Below are positions 8,246 to 17,394 of a stretch of 20,210 nt of DNA, piece after piece (position 1 is the stretch's first letter; each line of letters begins with the position of its first letter). Source of the stretch: Pontiella sp. (GTDB lineage: Bacteria; Verrucomicrobiota; Kiritimatiellia; Kiritimatiellales; Pontiellaceae); NCBI GenBank assembly GCA_050290185.1, contig JBNKHE010000014.1, forward strand, positions 1 to 20,210, read 5' to 3'. The notes beneath the pieces are model-generated. The model had not been told where the DNA came from. It did no database searches and saw only the letters and a program-made list of their open reading frames with translations. The position numbers were made by a program, and so were the translations under genes.

Positions 8246-9019
8246 TTATTTTGATTGATTCCAGAAACCAGTTCCTTCTCCGGTAACCGATTGTAGTTTG
8301 GCCGTAACCTTGCCCACGGCAATCTTGGCTTTGATGCATGTAACCACACGGCGCTTTTCCTTTGAAATCCAAAAGAACACTTTCCCCTTGCGCAGGAAAA
8401 TTCCGTCAAACTCGGCCTTGGGTTCGATTTCTATGCTGGCGATTTTACCAAGGCCGTCGACCTTGATGTTGTCCTCGTCCTTGATCCTAAGGTCAAGATC
8501 GTAGAGCTTGCCGGTGACAAAAAGCCTGTGTTTACGGGCGGCCAGCTCCTCAATGTCAGCATTGCGGTTGGCGTAGATGAAGCTGAAGATTTCCTGTGTA
8601 TCGCTCTCGATAGGTACTTCCTTTATATCCTTGCTGATGCGGTCCTGGAAGATGGCCAGCTTCTTGTCGTGGTAAAAGGTGGTGAGATGGCTTTTATGGA
8701 TCGTGCCTTCGTTGATGATCCAGTCGTGCCGGACGGGCAGGGCGGTTTCCGGATCGATGAATACTTCAGTCTTGTCGTCGACTTCGAAGATGTGTTTGTA
8801 GGCGGCGTAGGTCTGGACGGCCATGGTGATGTGGAAGAGCTCGCGGCCATCTTCGACGACCGTCTCTGTGGTGGTGGTAGACCATGCTATGGGAATGCCC
8901 AGCCAGTAGATCTTGTAGCTTACCTCTTCCCCGGGAATGAAGCATTTAGAATAGTCGGTGGCCATGCTCGTGCAGGCAAGCAACGTCATGATCAGGATGG
9001 AAATGATCCGTTTTATCAT
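8246..9019 (-). CDS. Exported protein, DUF3108-like
   Basis: Signal-peptide-like N-terminus (MIKRIISILIMTLLACTSMA); GEEVSYKIYWLG start and FWIS.....V..I......G.V...L end resemble DUF3108. Family assignment is from memory. Confidence 0.65.
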   Translation of the reverse strand: MIKRIISILIMTLLACTSMATDYSKCFIPGEEVSYKIYWLGIPIAWSTTTTETVVEDGRELFHITMAVQTYAAYKHIFEVDDKTEVFIDPETALPVRHDWIINEGTIHKSHLTTFYHDKKLAIFQDRISKDIKEVPIESDTQEIFSFIYANRNADIEELAARKHRLFVTGKLYDLDLRIKDEDNIKVDGLGKIASIEIEPKAEFDGIFLRKGKVFFWISKEKRRVVTCIKAKIAVGKVTAKLQSVTGEGTGFWNQSK

Positions 9020-9022
9020 GAT

Positions 9023-9487
9023 CTATCTCTCAAACTGCCGGCAAAGGATGCCCGCTTCGTCGAAAAGTCGACGGGCCTGATCGGTGAAGTGGTACTCGGT
9101 TTCGTAGACGACTTCCTTGATTCCGGCGTTGATAATCATTTTGGTGCACATCAGGCAGGGGCTCAGATTGCAGTACAACGTGCAGTCGCGGACGGATATT
9201 CCGTGGTATGCGGCCTGCACAATCGCATTCTCTTCGGCATGGGCACAAATGCACTCGCCCAGATTCCCTCCGGATGGGGCATCGCTGGCGCAACGGGGGC
9301 AACCTCCGTCGCAGCAGTTCGTGATACCACGAGGGGTTCCATTGTAGCCTGTGGAAATGATACGTCGGTCGCTGACAATCACTGCGGCGACCTTGCGGCG
9401 CGAACAATTGCCCCTGCGCGATACGACATGCGCAATATCCATGAAATATTCGTCCCAGCCGGGGCGTCTGTCATTTTGGTCAGTCAT
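9023..9487 (-). CDS. dCMP deaminase / ComEB family zinc deaminase
   Basis: RPGWDEYFM, STGYNG, HAEENAI and PCLMC. Confidence 0.9.
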   Translation of the reverse strand: MTDQNDRRPGWDEYFMDIAHVVSRRGNCSRRKVAAVIVSDRRIISTGYNGTPRGITNCCDGGCPRCASDAPSGGNLGECICAHAEENAIVQAAYHGISVRDCTLYCNLSPCLMCTKMIINAGIKEVVYETEYHFTDQARRLFDEAGILCRQFER

Positions 9488-9518
9488 CTCCGCACTTTAC
9501 GGTTTGCATCGGTCGCAT

Positions 9519-10379
9519 TCAAGAGCCGTAGAGCCGTATAATTGCGGGTGTGACATCGCACAGGGTTTGGGCTGAATTGAACGATTCAGCCGGTTCTCCC
9601 AAGGCGATGAGAGGGACCGGGTTGCGGGTGTGAGTCCGGACGGAAAGATCTTCAATATTGCCGTGGTCGCTCGACAGGAGGAAAAGACGGTTGGGCTGGT
9701 CGGCAAAATGCGCTGCCGCCACCACAAACCGCTCAAGCGTTTCGAGGCATGACACCGCGTGCTCGATATTTCCCGAATGTCCGGCCCGATCGGTAAGAAA
9801 GTGTTCGAACAACGTCAGGTCGTTTTCCTCCGTCGCAGCCATCAAATGATCGGCGGCCTCCTCGGGAGTAACCAGCGGGCCCTCATAACCTCTGGTATGC
9901 ATCGTCCGGCGGGTAATATCATGGGTAAGGGATTTTCCCGCGAACAGCTCTGTATTGCCCCGTACCTGACCGAGTGCCGAAAGCGTCATGACCGTGGTGA
10001 CCGACTGCCGTCGCGCCGGGATTCCGGAAGAATCTATATTCAGGTAGCAATTGGCAAAGGTACAGCGCTTGCCAAGCTCACGGAGCTTGGAGAAGAGGTT
10101 TGCGCGCTGGATCAGGTTTTTAAGCGAGGGAGGGGGGAACCCTTCGATATGCCGGCCCATTGCTTTGGGTGCATTGACGCCGGTAAGCAACGAAGCCTGT
10201 CCGGTGGCACTCTGCGGCATCCCTTCGACGCCGAGGCAGGCATCGAGCGGAACGGCTTCGCGGAGCATCTTTTCAAGCAAGGGAAACCGTCCACCCGCCA
10301 ATGGATTGACCGCCGGATCGTCGCAACCGATTCCCAGTCCATCCACGAATACGAATAAGGTCTTCAATCCAGCGTTCAT
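9519..10379 (-). CDS. Alkaline-phosphatase-superfamily metalloenzyme (phosphoglycerate mutase/phosphopentomutase-like)
   Basis: FVDGLG, PQSATGQ (putative Ser nucleophile), DRAGH, SDHGN and HTRNPVP metal-binding motifs. Confidence 0.8.
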   Translation of the reverse strand: MNAGLKTLFVFVDGLGIGCDDPAVNPLAGGRFPLLEKMLREAVPLDACLGVEGMPQSATGQASLLTGVNAPKAMGRHIEGFPPPSLKNLIQRANLFSKLRELGKRCTFANCYLNIDSSGIPARRQSVTTVMTLSALGQVRGNTELFAGKSLTHDITRRTMHTRGYEGPLVTPEEAADHLMAATEENDLTLFEHFLTDRAGHSGNIEHAVSCLETLERFVVAAAHFADQPNRLFLLSSDHGNIEDLSVRTHTRNPVPLIALGEPAESFNSAQTLCDVTPAIIRLYGS

Positions 10380-10420
10380 GTTGACTACATTAGCTACCTC
10401 TTTTTCAAGACGAGCGCAAA

Positions 10421-11449
10421 ATGAATAAAGCTAATTTCAAAGAATGGTTACGGGATACCGCTATAGCGGTCGGAGCGCATTCGGCGGCGTGCATCCATAT
10501 GGACAATCCCGAGCTGAAGCGTCGAGTCGGGGAAAACAATGACCTGGTGCAACAGTGGTTGAAGAATGGCATGCATGGCGGGATGAATTATCTCGAACGC
10601 ATGTATCCGGACAAAGCCGATCCCTGGAAGACCTTTTCGTTTGCGAAATCCGTGATTGTGCTGGCCTTTACAAATGACTGGGGCGACCCGGCGGCCACGC
10701 ATCCGTTTCCCGATCCCAAACCGGATGCTCTGCTGGGCTACATTTCGGCCTACGCGAAGGAGATCGACTACCACTCCAAAGGCCAAGCGATGCTGACCGA
10801 GCTGAAGCATCTGCTGGGCGAGGGGATTCGAGCCGAGGCGGCGGTGGATACCAAGGCGGTTTATGAGCGCTTGTTCGCAACGATCGGCGGCTTGGGTATT
10901 CGGGGCGGGAACGATCTGCTACGTGTGCCTGGCCGGACCAATGTGCGCGTGTTCATCGGATGCCTGTTCGTGGATGCCGAATTGCCGGAAGTGATCCACG
11001 ACCCCAAAATGCCGTTTTCGTGCGATGACTGCCAAGCCTGCATAAAAAAATGCCCGACGGGCGCCATTCAGTTTGGCGAACCGATTGATGCGCGCAAGTG
11101 CATCAGCTATCTCACCATTGAGAAACGCGGCGTACTTAATCGGCAGGAAGGCGAAATGATCGAAGATTGGCTGTTTGGCTGCGACTGGTGCTCGGTGGTC
11201 TGTCCGCCGCGCGACAAGATCGATACGCGCATTCCGGTTGATCTCGACTGGTTGCTGAAAACCCCTGCGGCGGAATTGCGGCGGCTGATCAAGGGGAATG
11301 CTGTTTCCTATGCCGGAATAACGCAATTACGGAAGAATGCCGTGGTTATCCTGAAGAAAAGAAACTCTCCGCTGGCGCAGGAGCTGCTCGAATGGGTGGA
11401 TAAAAAAACAGGCAGTGAGCTGGTCCGAGACCAACTCACCGCCTGGTGA
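10421..11449 (+). CDS. queG: Epoxyqueuosine reductase (cobalamin, 2x[4Fe-4S]), divergent
   Basis: MNYL, YA...DYH, VDT....ER, CDDCQACIKKCPTGA, CISYLTIE and FGCDWCSVVCP; near other que genes. Confidence 0.85.
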   Translation: MNKANFKEWLRDTAIAVGAHSAACIHMDNPELKRRVGENNDLVQQWLKNGMHGGMNYLERMYPDKADPWKTFSFAKSVIVLAFTNDWGDPAATHPFPDPKPDALLGYISAYAKEIDYHSKGQAMLTELKHLLGEGIRAEAAVDTKAVYERLFATIGGLGIRGGNDLLRVPGRTNVRVFIGCLFVDAELPEVIHDPKMPFSCDDCQACIKKCPTGAIQFGEPIDARKCISYLTIEKRGVLNRQEGEMIEDWLFGCDWCSVVCPPRDKIDTRIPVDLDWLLKTPAAELRRLIKGNAVSYAGITQLRKNAVVILKKRNSPLAQELLEWVDKKTGSELVRDQLTAW

Positions 11450-11601
11450 GGAGGAGATGTACCTGAATTAAAGCAGTTCGTGTGCCAGCGTGAGTGCTCT
11501 TATTTAGACACTCTTCGGGCTTCAATACGCTGGCATCGCTGGTACACTCCGCATTTTTCCACAAAGTTGGAGCAGGTTTAAACTCAACATATCGGTGCGT
11601 T

Positions 11602-12153
11602 ATGAACAGTAGGGAAGCAGGTCGTTCGTCGGTTCTTGGAGTTATTGGTGCGTATTGGGGTATAATCGGGCTGAGCTGGCTATTCACCAGTGCGTTGATC
11701 CGCCTTTATCCATATACCTTGAAAATGCATGGTACCGCTGAAAAACCCATCGCCCTGCTGTGGTATCACTGGGTAACGCTGGCCATCACACTGGTGTTCA
11801 TGGGATACGCGGAGGGCTACAAGGGATTCCAGCTCAGGTTTTCGCCCCGCGCCGCTGCCCGGGCGCTCTACCTGAAGCGCAACCCAACTATCATCCGCGT
11901 TCTTTTTGCACCGCTCTTTTGCATGGGCTATTTCCATGCCACGCGCAAACGCAAGATCGTGGCATATTCCCTGACGACGGGCATTATTGGTCTGATTATC
12001 TGCGTCCACCACACGGTACAACCGTGGCACGGGATTATCGATGTCGGTGTACTGTTCGGTTTGGGGTGGGGCATGGTATCCGTTTGGGTATTCGCCGCCA
12101 AGGCGCTGTTCGGAAAGGACTACAACGTTTCGCCCGAAACGCCCGACGCATGA
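11602..12153 (+). CDS. Hypothetical integral membrane protein
   Basis: About 4-5 hydrophobic segments with polar motifs EGYKGFQ.RFSPR and MGYFHA. ATG 11602 preferred over GTG 11494. Confidence 0.7.
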   Translation: MNSREAGRSSVLGVIGAYWGIIGLSWLFTSALIRLYPYTLKMHGTAEKPIALLWYHWVTLAITLVFMGYAEGYKGFQLRFSPRAAARALYLKRNPTIIRVLFAPLFCMGYFHATRKRKIVAYSLTTGIIGLIICVHHTVQPWHGIIDVGVLFGLGWGMVSVWVFAAKALFGKDYNVSPETPDA

Positions 12154-12331
12154 ATATAGGCGCGGGGCTTTCGGAGTTAAAGAAACGGGCAACTCTCGTC
12201 TACAATCCCGGCACATGATCTCTGTGGTGATATTGCGATTAGATCGCATCCGGATTCCTTGCCAAGCACTTGATGTTTTGCCACAATGTTTCACAATCCG
12301 AAGGGTTTGATACCCGGTTGAAGGGAATTTT

Positions 12332-14047
12332 GTGGAAGCATTGCATCACCTGATCGATTCAATTGTTAATGCCGGGCATCCGGGGCCATTTCTGGTGGTC
12401 AGTATTTTAATCCTCGCCGGCGTGTTGGGGGGATGGGTTGCAGGTTTGCTACGTCTGCCGCATATCACCGGAAATATACTTGGAGGTATCGTTGTCGGGC
12501 CTGCCTGCCTCGGCATCATCGGTTCCCACAGCGAAATGCTGGCTATGCAGCCGTTGTCGACGTTTGCCATGAGTCTGATTGCCGTAAGTATCGGCGGACA
12601 CCTTTCCTACCGGCGGATCCATAACTCCATCCGGCGTATTGTGGCCATCTCTGTCATGGAGGTAGGCGTTTGTGTGGCGGTGGTTATTGTGGTGGCCCGG
12701 TTGTTCCATATGGATTGGCCGATGGCGCTCCTGCTCGGTGCCATTTCCGCCGCAACCGCACCAGGAACCACACTGGCTTTGATCCGCGAGATGCGCAGCA
12801 AAGGCCCGTTCGTAAAGACGCTCGTATCGGTGGTGGCTCTCGACAACATTGTTTGCATCATGTTGTTCGTGATGATACGAACGTTCGTATCCGCCTACTA
12901 CAGGAGTGGTGAGGCCATGGCCGATGTCGGCGATGCCCTGTTCCTCACGTCCTATCACCTGATTGGGGCTTTGGCCCTGGGTATTTTGACGGGATGGATC
13001 TGCAAAAAGCTGGTCAGCAAGCCGCGGTTTCATGATTTCAGTACCATCTTCGTCGCCATCATGGCCTGTGACGGGTTGGCTGCTTATCTGGGCTTGAGTC
13101 CACTATTGGTCAACCTGTTTTTCGGCGTCTATCTCGGCAACAGTTCAGAAGTGGCAGAAAAGCAGCTCACAACCCTGGAACCGCTGGAGCCGATTCTTTA
13201 TATCTGTTTCTTCACGTTGGCCGGGGCATCACTTCATTTGTCTTCGCTGGCGGAGGTGGGCGTACTGGCGCTAATCTATTTTGCGGCCCGCTTTGTCGGC
13301 AAAGGGCTGGGGGCCGCGCTGGGAGGACTCGTCGGAAAATGTTCTAGGCGAATATGGCAGAATATGACCTTTTCCCTGGTGCCGCAGGCCGGGGTGGCGA
13401 TTGGTTTGGTGGTTCTGCTCGATGGTGACCAAAGCATTCCATCGGATATGACCCAAGCCGTCGGAGCCCTCATTCTGGCCGCCGTTACGATCAATGAAAT
13501 TGTCGGACCGTTTTTTACCAAGGCGGCATTGGTGCGCTCCGGCGAAGCCAATCGCGACCGCGAGCGCTTGGTCGAGTTCATGGCTGAGGAATTCATCATG
13601 GTCGACCTGAAGGCTCGCGACAAGTGGGATGCCATTCGCCAGCTCGTAGCCTTCCTGATGAGAACGCATCGCGTTGAGCATATCAGCCAGGAAGAGCTCT
13701 ACCAAACCGTCGCGTCCCGCGAAACGGAGTTCTCGACCGCGATGGGTAAGGGAATTGCCCTGCCGCACGGCCGCATCGAAAAAGGACCGGCCATTCAGGG
13801 GGTTATGGCGATTCTGCATGACGGCATTGATTTCGATGCGCCCGATGGCGAACCGGTGCATCTGATCATGTTGATTGTTACGCCCGAAGAAAAAAAGGAT
13901 ATGCATCTCAAGGTGCTGGCAAGTCTATCCGCCATGGTGCGCGACGAGGCCATCCGAAGCCGTCTTATGGCCGCCATCAGTCCGGAGGATGCGATGGAGG
14001 TTATCGAGAGCGAGGAAGCACGCGACTACAACTATTTTCTGGAATGA
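12332..14047 (+). CDS. Cation:proton antiporter fused to a C-terminal PTS EIIA (Fru/Mtl/Ntr-type) domain
   Basis: Polytopic N-terminal region with LPHITG, ATAP, ALDN and PQAGVAIG; C-terminal RE...STAMGKGIALPHGR, DFDAPDGEPVHL and HLKVLASLS typical of EIIA. Confidence 0.9.
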   Translation: MEALHHLIDSIVNAGHPGPFLVVSILILAGVLGGWVAGLLRLPHITGNILGGIVVGPACLGIIGSHSEMLAMQPLSTFAMSLIAVSIGGHLSYRRIHNSIRRIVAISVMEVGVCVAVVIVVARLFHMDWPMALLLGAISAATAPGTTLALIREMRSKGPFVKTLVSVVALDNIVCIMLFVMIRTFVSAYYRSGEAMADVGDALFLTSYHLIGALALGILTGWICKKLVSKPRFHDFSTIFVAIMACDGLAAYLGLSPLLVNLFFGVYLGNSSEVAEKQLTTLEPLEPILYICFFTLAGASLHLSSLAEVGVLALIYFAARFVGKGLGAALGGLVGKCSRRIWQNMTFSLVPQAGVAIGLVVLLDGDQSIPSDMTQAVGALILAAVTINEIVGPFFTKAALVRSGEANRDRERLVEFMAEEFIMVDLKARDKWDAIRQLVAFLMRTHRVEHISQEELYQTVASRETEFSTAMGKGIALPHGRIEKGPAIQGVMAILHDGIDFDAPDGEPVHLIMLIVTPEEKKDMHLKVLASLSAMVRDEAIRSRLMAAISPEDAMEVIESEEARDYNYFLE

Positions 14048-14067
14048 GCACCCGTCAGTGCGACCGC

Positions 14068-14105
14068 AAAAGAAAAGGACATCCCGCGGGATGTCCTTTC
14101 TTTTT
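14068..14105. terminator. Bidirectional intrinsic terminator
   Basis: Perfect 26-bp palindrome AAAGGACATCCCGCGGGATGTCCTTT (14074-14099) with an A-rich left flank and T-rich right flank, between convergent genes. Confidence 0.9.
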
Positions 14106-14120
14106 CAGAAGCCATCCGGA

Positions 14121-14618
14121 CTATTCTGCGACCGGAGATTGTGGTTCCGGCCGGTTTGCCGGGGCTTCATCGCGTTGCTGGCGAATGGCGGTGCGGTAGG
14201 CCTTCAATGCGGTGCGTTCGGCTTGCGACAGTTGTCCGTCTCCATCAATATCAAACTGCATCGCCCGTTGCCACCGGTTCTTCCGGTTGATTTCGGGGGA
14301 TGACGGTTGCTGCTGCTGGTTGTGCCGGAACCGTGCAGGGGACTGCTGCTGCGGTCCACGATTCCGGTAGTTTGCACGGTGGCGGGCATCGGCAGGCCGG
14401 TTAGGACCGGATTGGTGCCTGGCGTTGGCCTGCATACGTTGACGGCGGTGCTTCATGATGGCGGCTTTGCTTATGCAGGGACTGCCGCAGGTTGGGCACT
14501 GGAATCCGTCTGGTTTTCGGTTGGGTCGTTCAGTTCGTTCCCGTACCTGTGCACTGGCAGCAAAGGTCACTGCAGCGACGGTTGCTAGAATGGCCAGGGT
14601 CTTGATTCGAGTTTTCAT
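14121..14618 (-). CDS. Secreted low-complexity protein with a Cys cluster and one EF-hand-like loop
   Basis: Signal peptide ending ASA-Q, CPTCGSPC, R/Q-rich linker and DIDGDGQLSQAE. GAAGGAG lies upstream. Confidence 0.7.
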   Translation of the reverse strand: MKTRIKTLAILATVAAVTFAASAQVRERTERPNRKPDGFQCPTCGSPCISKAAIMKHRRQRMQANARHQSGPNRPADARHRANYRNRGPQQQSPARFRHNQQQQPSSPEINRKNRWQRAMQFDIDGDGQLSQAERTALKAYRTAIRQQRDEAPANRPEPQSPVAE

Positions 14619-14713
14619 GGTTCATGTCTCCTTCGGTTTTTCCCCGTTACATCCGAATAACGAATGGTGACCGGGATTATTTTGCCAAAGTGACAGGAGG
14701 TATGATGGCCATG

Positions 14714-15091
14714 CTATTGCACTTCGAAAACGTGATGCCAGATGGAGGTTCCGTTCATGATAAAGTCGAGTTGCTGCGAGTCGCCGGACCACGCAATGGA
14801 TGGCTCGGCCGTTTCGGGGGGGATGTTGGTGTAGGCCGGCAGATGGTACAGGCCCAGCCACATGGTTTTATCGGACTTGCGATAGTAGATTTTGTAGGAC
14901 GGTTGATTGTTGTAATAAAAATAGCGGCGCAGACGGGCGGTCTTCGTTCCGTCCGGAGACCGGACCTGCATCAGCTCGTCGCTCGGCGGCGTCAGTATCC
15001 TGAATGCCACGAAAACCACAAAGGTAGCGAATACGAGCGTTCCCAACTGTTTAAGGTCGAATGGCGACTTCTTCTTGTAGGAACGTTGCAT
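14714..15091 (-). CDS. Hypothetical membrane-anchored protein
   Basis: One N-terminal hydrophobic helix followed by a beta-rich domain (SPDG, WSGDS); starts 14 bp after the rseP stop. Confidence 0.65.
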   Translation of the reverse strand: MQRSYKKKSPFDLKQLGTLVFATFVVFVAFRILTPPSDELMQVRSPDGTKTARLRRYFYYNNQPSYKIYYRKSDKTMWLGLYHLPAYTNIPPETAEPSIAWSGDSQQLDFIMNGTSIWHHVFEVQ

Positions 15092-15105
15092 GGAGAGATG
15101 GCCCG

Positions 15106-16503
15106 TTATTCAGCCGGTACCGGCTCGGGGGCCGCCGTTTGTTCGGCCGGCGCCTTCTTGAAGAAACGGCTCACATTCCAGTTGCGGTCCACATCCCGCC
15201 AGGAGAGGAAGACCATGGCGCCGATCAATAGAATGGCAAATATGTTTACCAGCGATGCCACCACCTTGGGGTGGACCTTGCGGCGGGTGATCCCTTCCCA
15301 CAGCGCAAAACAGATATGCCCTCCGTCAAGCACGGGCAACGGGAGCAGGTTCAGTACGGCGAGGTTGATATTGATGAATCGGATCAGGCCAATGGCGGTG
15401 ATCAGACTCATTTTGAGTGAGATCCAGATCATGGTGAAAATAGCCACTGGTCCGCCAAGACCGCTGGCAGCCTGCTTGGCTTCTCCCCTGGTGGTCAGGG
15501 CCTTGAGCAACCGGAAGATCGATGACGCATCGCTGTGGATCTGTTCAATAGGATTGCCGGTCAGCGTCCAGGGCAGTGAAAGCGCTCCGCCAAACTGGAT
15601 GCCGATCATGACAGTATCGTGCGATTTATCGTATTTTGGCGTAACGGTCAGTGTTTTGGTTTCCCCTTGCCGTTCAATAACCATCGGAAGCGGCGTGTCA
15701 GGATTGTCCTGGATGATATCGATGAAATGCCGGGTGCCTTGAATCATGATGTTGTTGATGCTGATGATGACATCGTCGGACATTAATCCGGCGGTCTCCG
15801 CCGGGCTCCCTGCAACGACATCAAGAACCTGGCACGGCGTGGCCGGAGAAACGCCGGTGATGAGATCGTCGGATTTGTCCGGGTGGTTGACGGGAACCGT
15901 AAGCACCCGTTCTCCAAGTTCGGTTCCTTTGACGGTAAGTTCAACCTGTTGTGCATCGCCCCCGCCGAGCAGGCATTCAACCCGCGTTGCATACCAGCTC
16001 TTGACGGGATTTCCATTCACTGCAACGATTTCGTCGCCACCGTGCAATCCGGCTTCATCGGCCGGGCTTCCGGTTTCGACCTGTGCAATGAACACGCCTT
16101 CTTCCTCCGCCATCTTTTCGGCTGGCGTAAGCATTACTATGGTGGCGAGAATAAGGGCAAAGACGATGTTGCAGAACGGACCTGCGAACGCAACGGCAAT
16201 CTTCTTCCAGGGAGAGACGTCCGGCAGCTCCCTGCGGTCGGTCTCATTGTCGCCTTGAACCTTTTCCATGCCTTCGGGGTCGAGCTGCGGGAGCGAAACA
16301 TAGCCGCCGATGGGGAAGGCGCCGATCTTGTAGACCACCCCGTTGATCTCCTTCTGCCAGATGGCCGGACCCATGCCGATTGAAAAGGTTTCCGCAACCA
16401 GACCCAGTTTGCGTGCAACGATAAAATGGCCCCATTCGTGGACAAAGATCGTAATTCCAAACAAGAACAGCATCATGAAAATAATATAGAGAACTTCAAG
16501 CAT
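15106..16503 (-). CDS. rseP: Site-2 intramembrane metalloprotease RseP
   Basis: HEWGH, PIGGYV, AGP..N, two GSPA-containing PDZ-like repeats and NLLPLPVLDGGH. Confidence 0.95.
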   Translation of the reverse strand: MLEVLYIIFMMLFLFGITIFVHEWGHFIVARKLGLVAETFSIGMGPAIWQKEINGVVYKIGAFPIGGYVSLPQLDPEGMEKVQGDNETDRRELPDVSPWKKIAVAFAGPFCNIVFALILATIVMLTPAEKMAEEEGVFIAQVETGSPADEAGLHGGDEIVAVNGNPVKSWYATRVECLLGGGDAQQVELTVKGTELGERVLTVPVNHPDKSDDLITGVSPATPCQVLDVVAGSPAETAGLMSDDVIISINNIMIQGTRHFIDIIQDNPDTPLPMVIERQGETKTLTVTPKYDKSHDTVMIGIQFGGALSLPWTLTGNPIEQIHSDASSIFRLLKALTTRGEAKQAASGLGGPVAIFTMIWISLKMSLITAIGLIRFININLAVLNLLPLPVLDGGHICFALWEGITRRKVHPKVVASLVNIFAILLIGAMVFLSWRDVDRNWNVSRFFKKAPAEQTAAPEPVPAE

Positions 16504-16524
16504 TGTGGTGGTTCCTTGCGGGGG

Positions 16525-17394
16525 TTATTTGAGGAAGAATTCGATGTAGATGTATAGCATGGGTGCGGCAAACAGGATGCTGTCGATCATGTCAAGGATG
16601 CCGCCCAGTCCATAGACCATGGTGTTGGAGTCTTTGACATCAACCGCGCGTTTGAACAAGGACTCAACAAGATCTCCCAGTGTGCCGACGATGGGGAAGA
16701 GGATGCTGAGTGCAAGGGCATCCAGGAATGAGAACGAAATGGCACTGTTGATCTGGCCTTGGGAAACGATCAGCCAGATGATATTTACGGCCGCGCAGAA
16801 CACCACGCCGCCCAGTAGACCTTCCCAGCTTTTTTTTGGCGATATGATGGGAGCCAACTTATGCTTTCCAAATCGTGTGCCGAAAAAGTAGCCGCCGGAG
16901 TCGGACATTTTCATGCAAAGGATTACGTAGAATGCGGCCCAGCCGGGTTTCCCCAGGTTTCCGATGAGAAATAGCCGAACCACAAAGCTCCATAGCAAAG
17001 GAACGTAGATCAGTCCCATGATGGTGCCCATGCAGCTGTCGAGCCCTTTGCGCAGGTCGGGGTAGGAGAGGATCCGGAAGAAGTTGGAGGTTACCACGAG
17101 CAGCAGGATGCACCACAGAGCGGTATCGGATATGCTGAATCCGGTGTAGGTGAGATGTTTGCCCAGCATGTTGAACCAGGTGGCGCCCACCAGAACCAGC
17201 CCGCTGGCCGTGCCCCATTTTTTGGAGACGGAAAGGCCTCCTGCCTGGAGCAGTCCATAGAATTCCCAGGTGCCGAAGCCCGCGAAAAGGAGCAGTCCGA
17301 TCAGCCCGATAGGCCAGCGGCAGGGAACCAGGCAAAAGGCAGGTATGAGAACCGCTGCGATGCTCAGGGCTATGATAATGCGTTTCTTATCCAT
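16525..17394 (-). CDS. cdsA: Phosphatidate cytidylyltransferase
   Basis: SDSGGYFFG, ISPKKSWEG and GDLVESLFKR...KDS.....G.GGILD..DS. Confidence 0.95.
   Translation of the reverse strand: MDKKRIIIALSIAAVLIPAFCLVPCRWPIGLIGLLLFAGFGTWEFYGLLQAGGLSVSKKWGTASGLVLVGATWFNMLGKHLTYTGFSISDTALWCILLLVVTSNFFRILSYPDLRKGLDSCMGTIMGLIYVPLLWSFVVRLFLIGNLGKPGWAAFYVILCMKMSDSGGYFFGTRFGKHKLAPIISPKKSWEGLLGGVVFCAAVNIIWLIVSQGQINSAISFSFLDALALSILFPIVGTLGDLVESLFKRAVDVKDSNTMVYGLGGILDMIDSILFAAPMLYIYIEFFLK

Noticed and set aside
4030..8409. Extended N-termini in the ORF track for queE, queC, kdsA and kdsB (also argF at 1899)
   Set aside because: The extensions overlap neighbouring genes or repeats. Downstream ATGs fit the family N-termini and mostly have an SD or a stop-start overlap.
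12270..12300. Promoter upstream of the antiporter (TTGATG...CACAAT)
   Set aside because: Weak match with 16-nt spacing; not distinguishable from chance.
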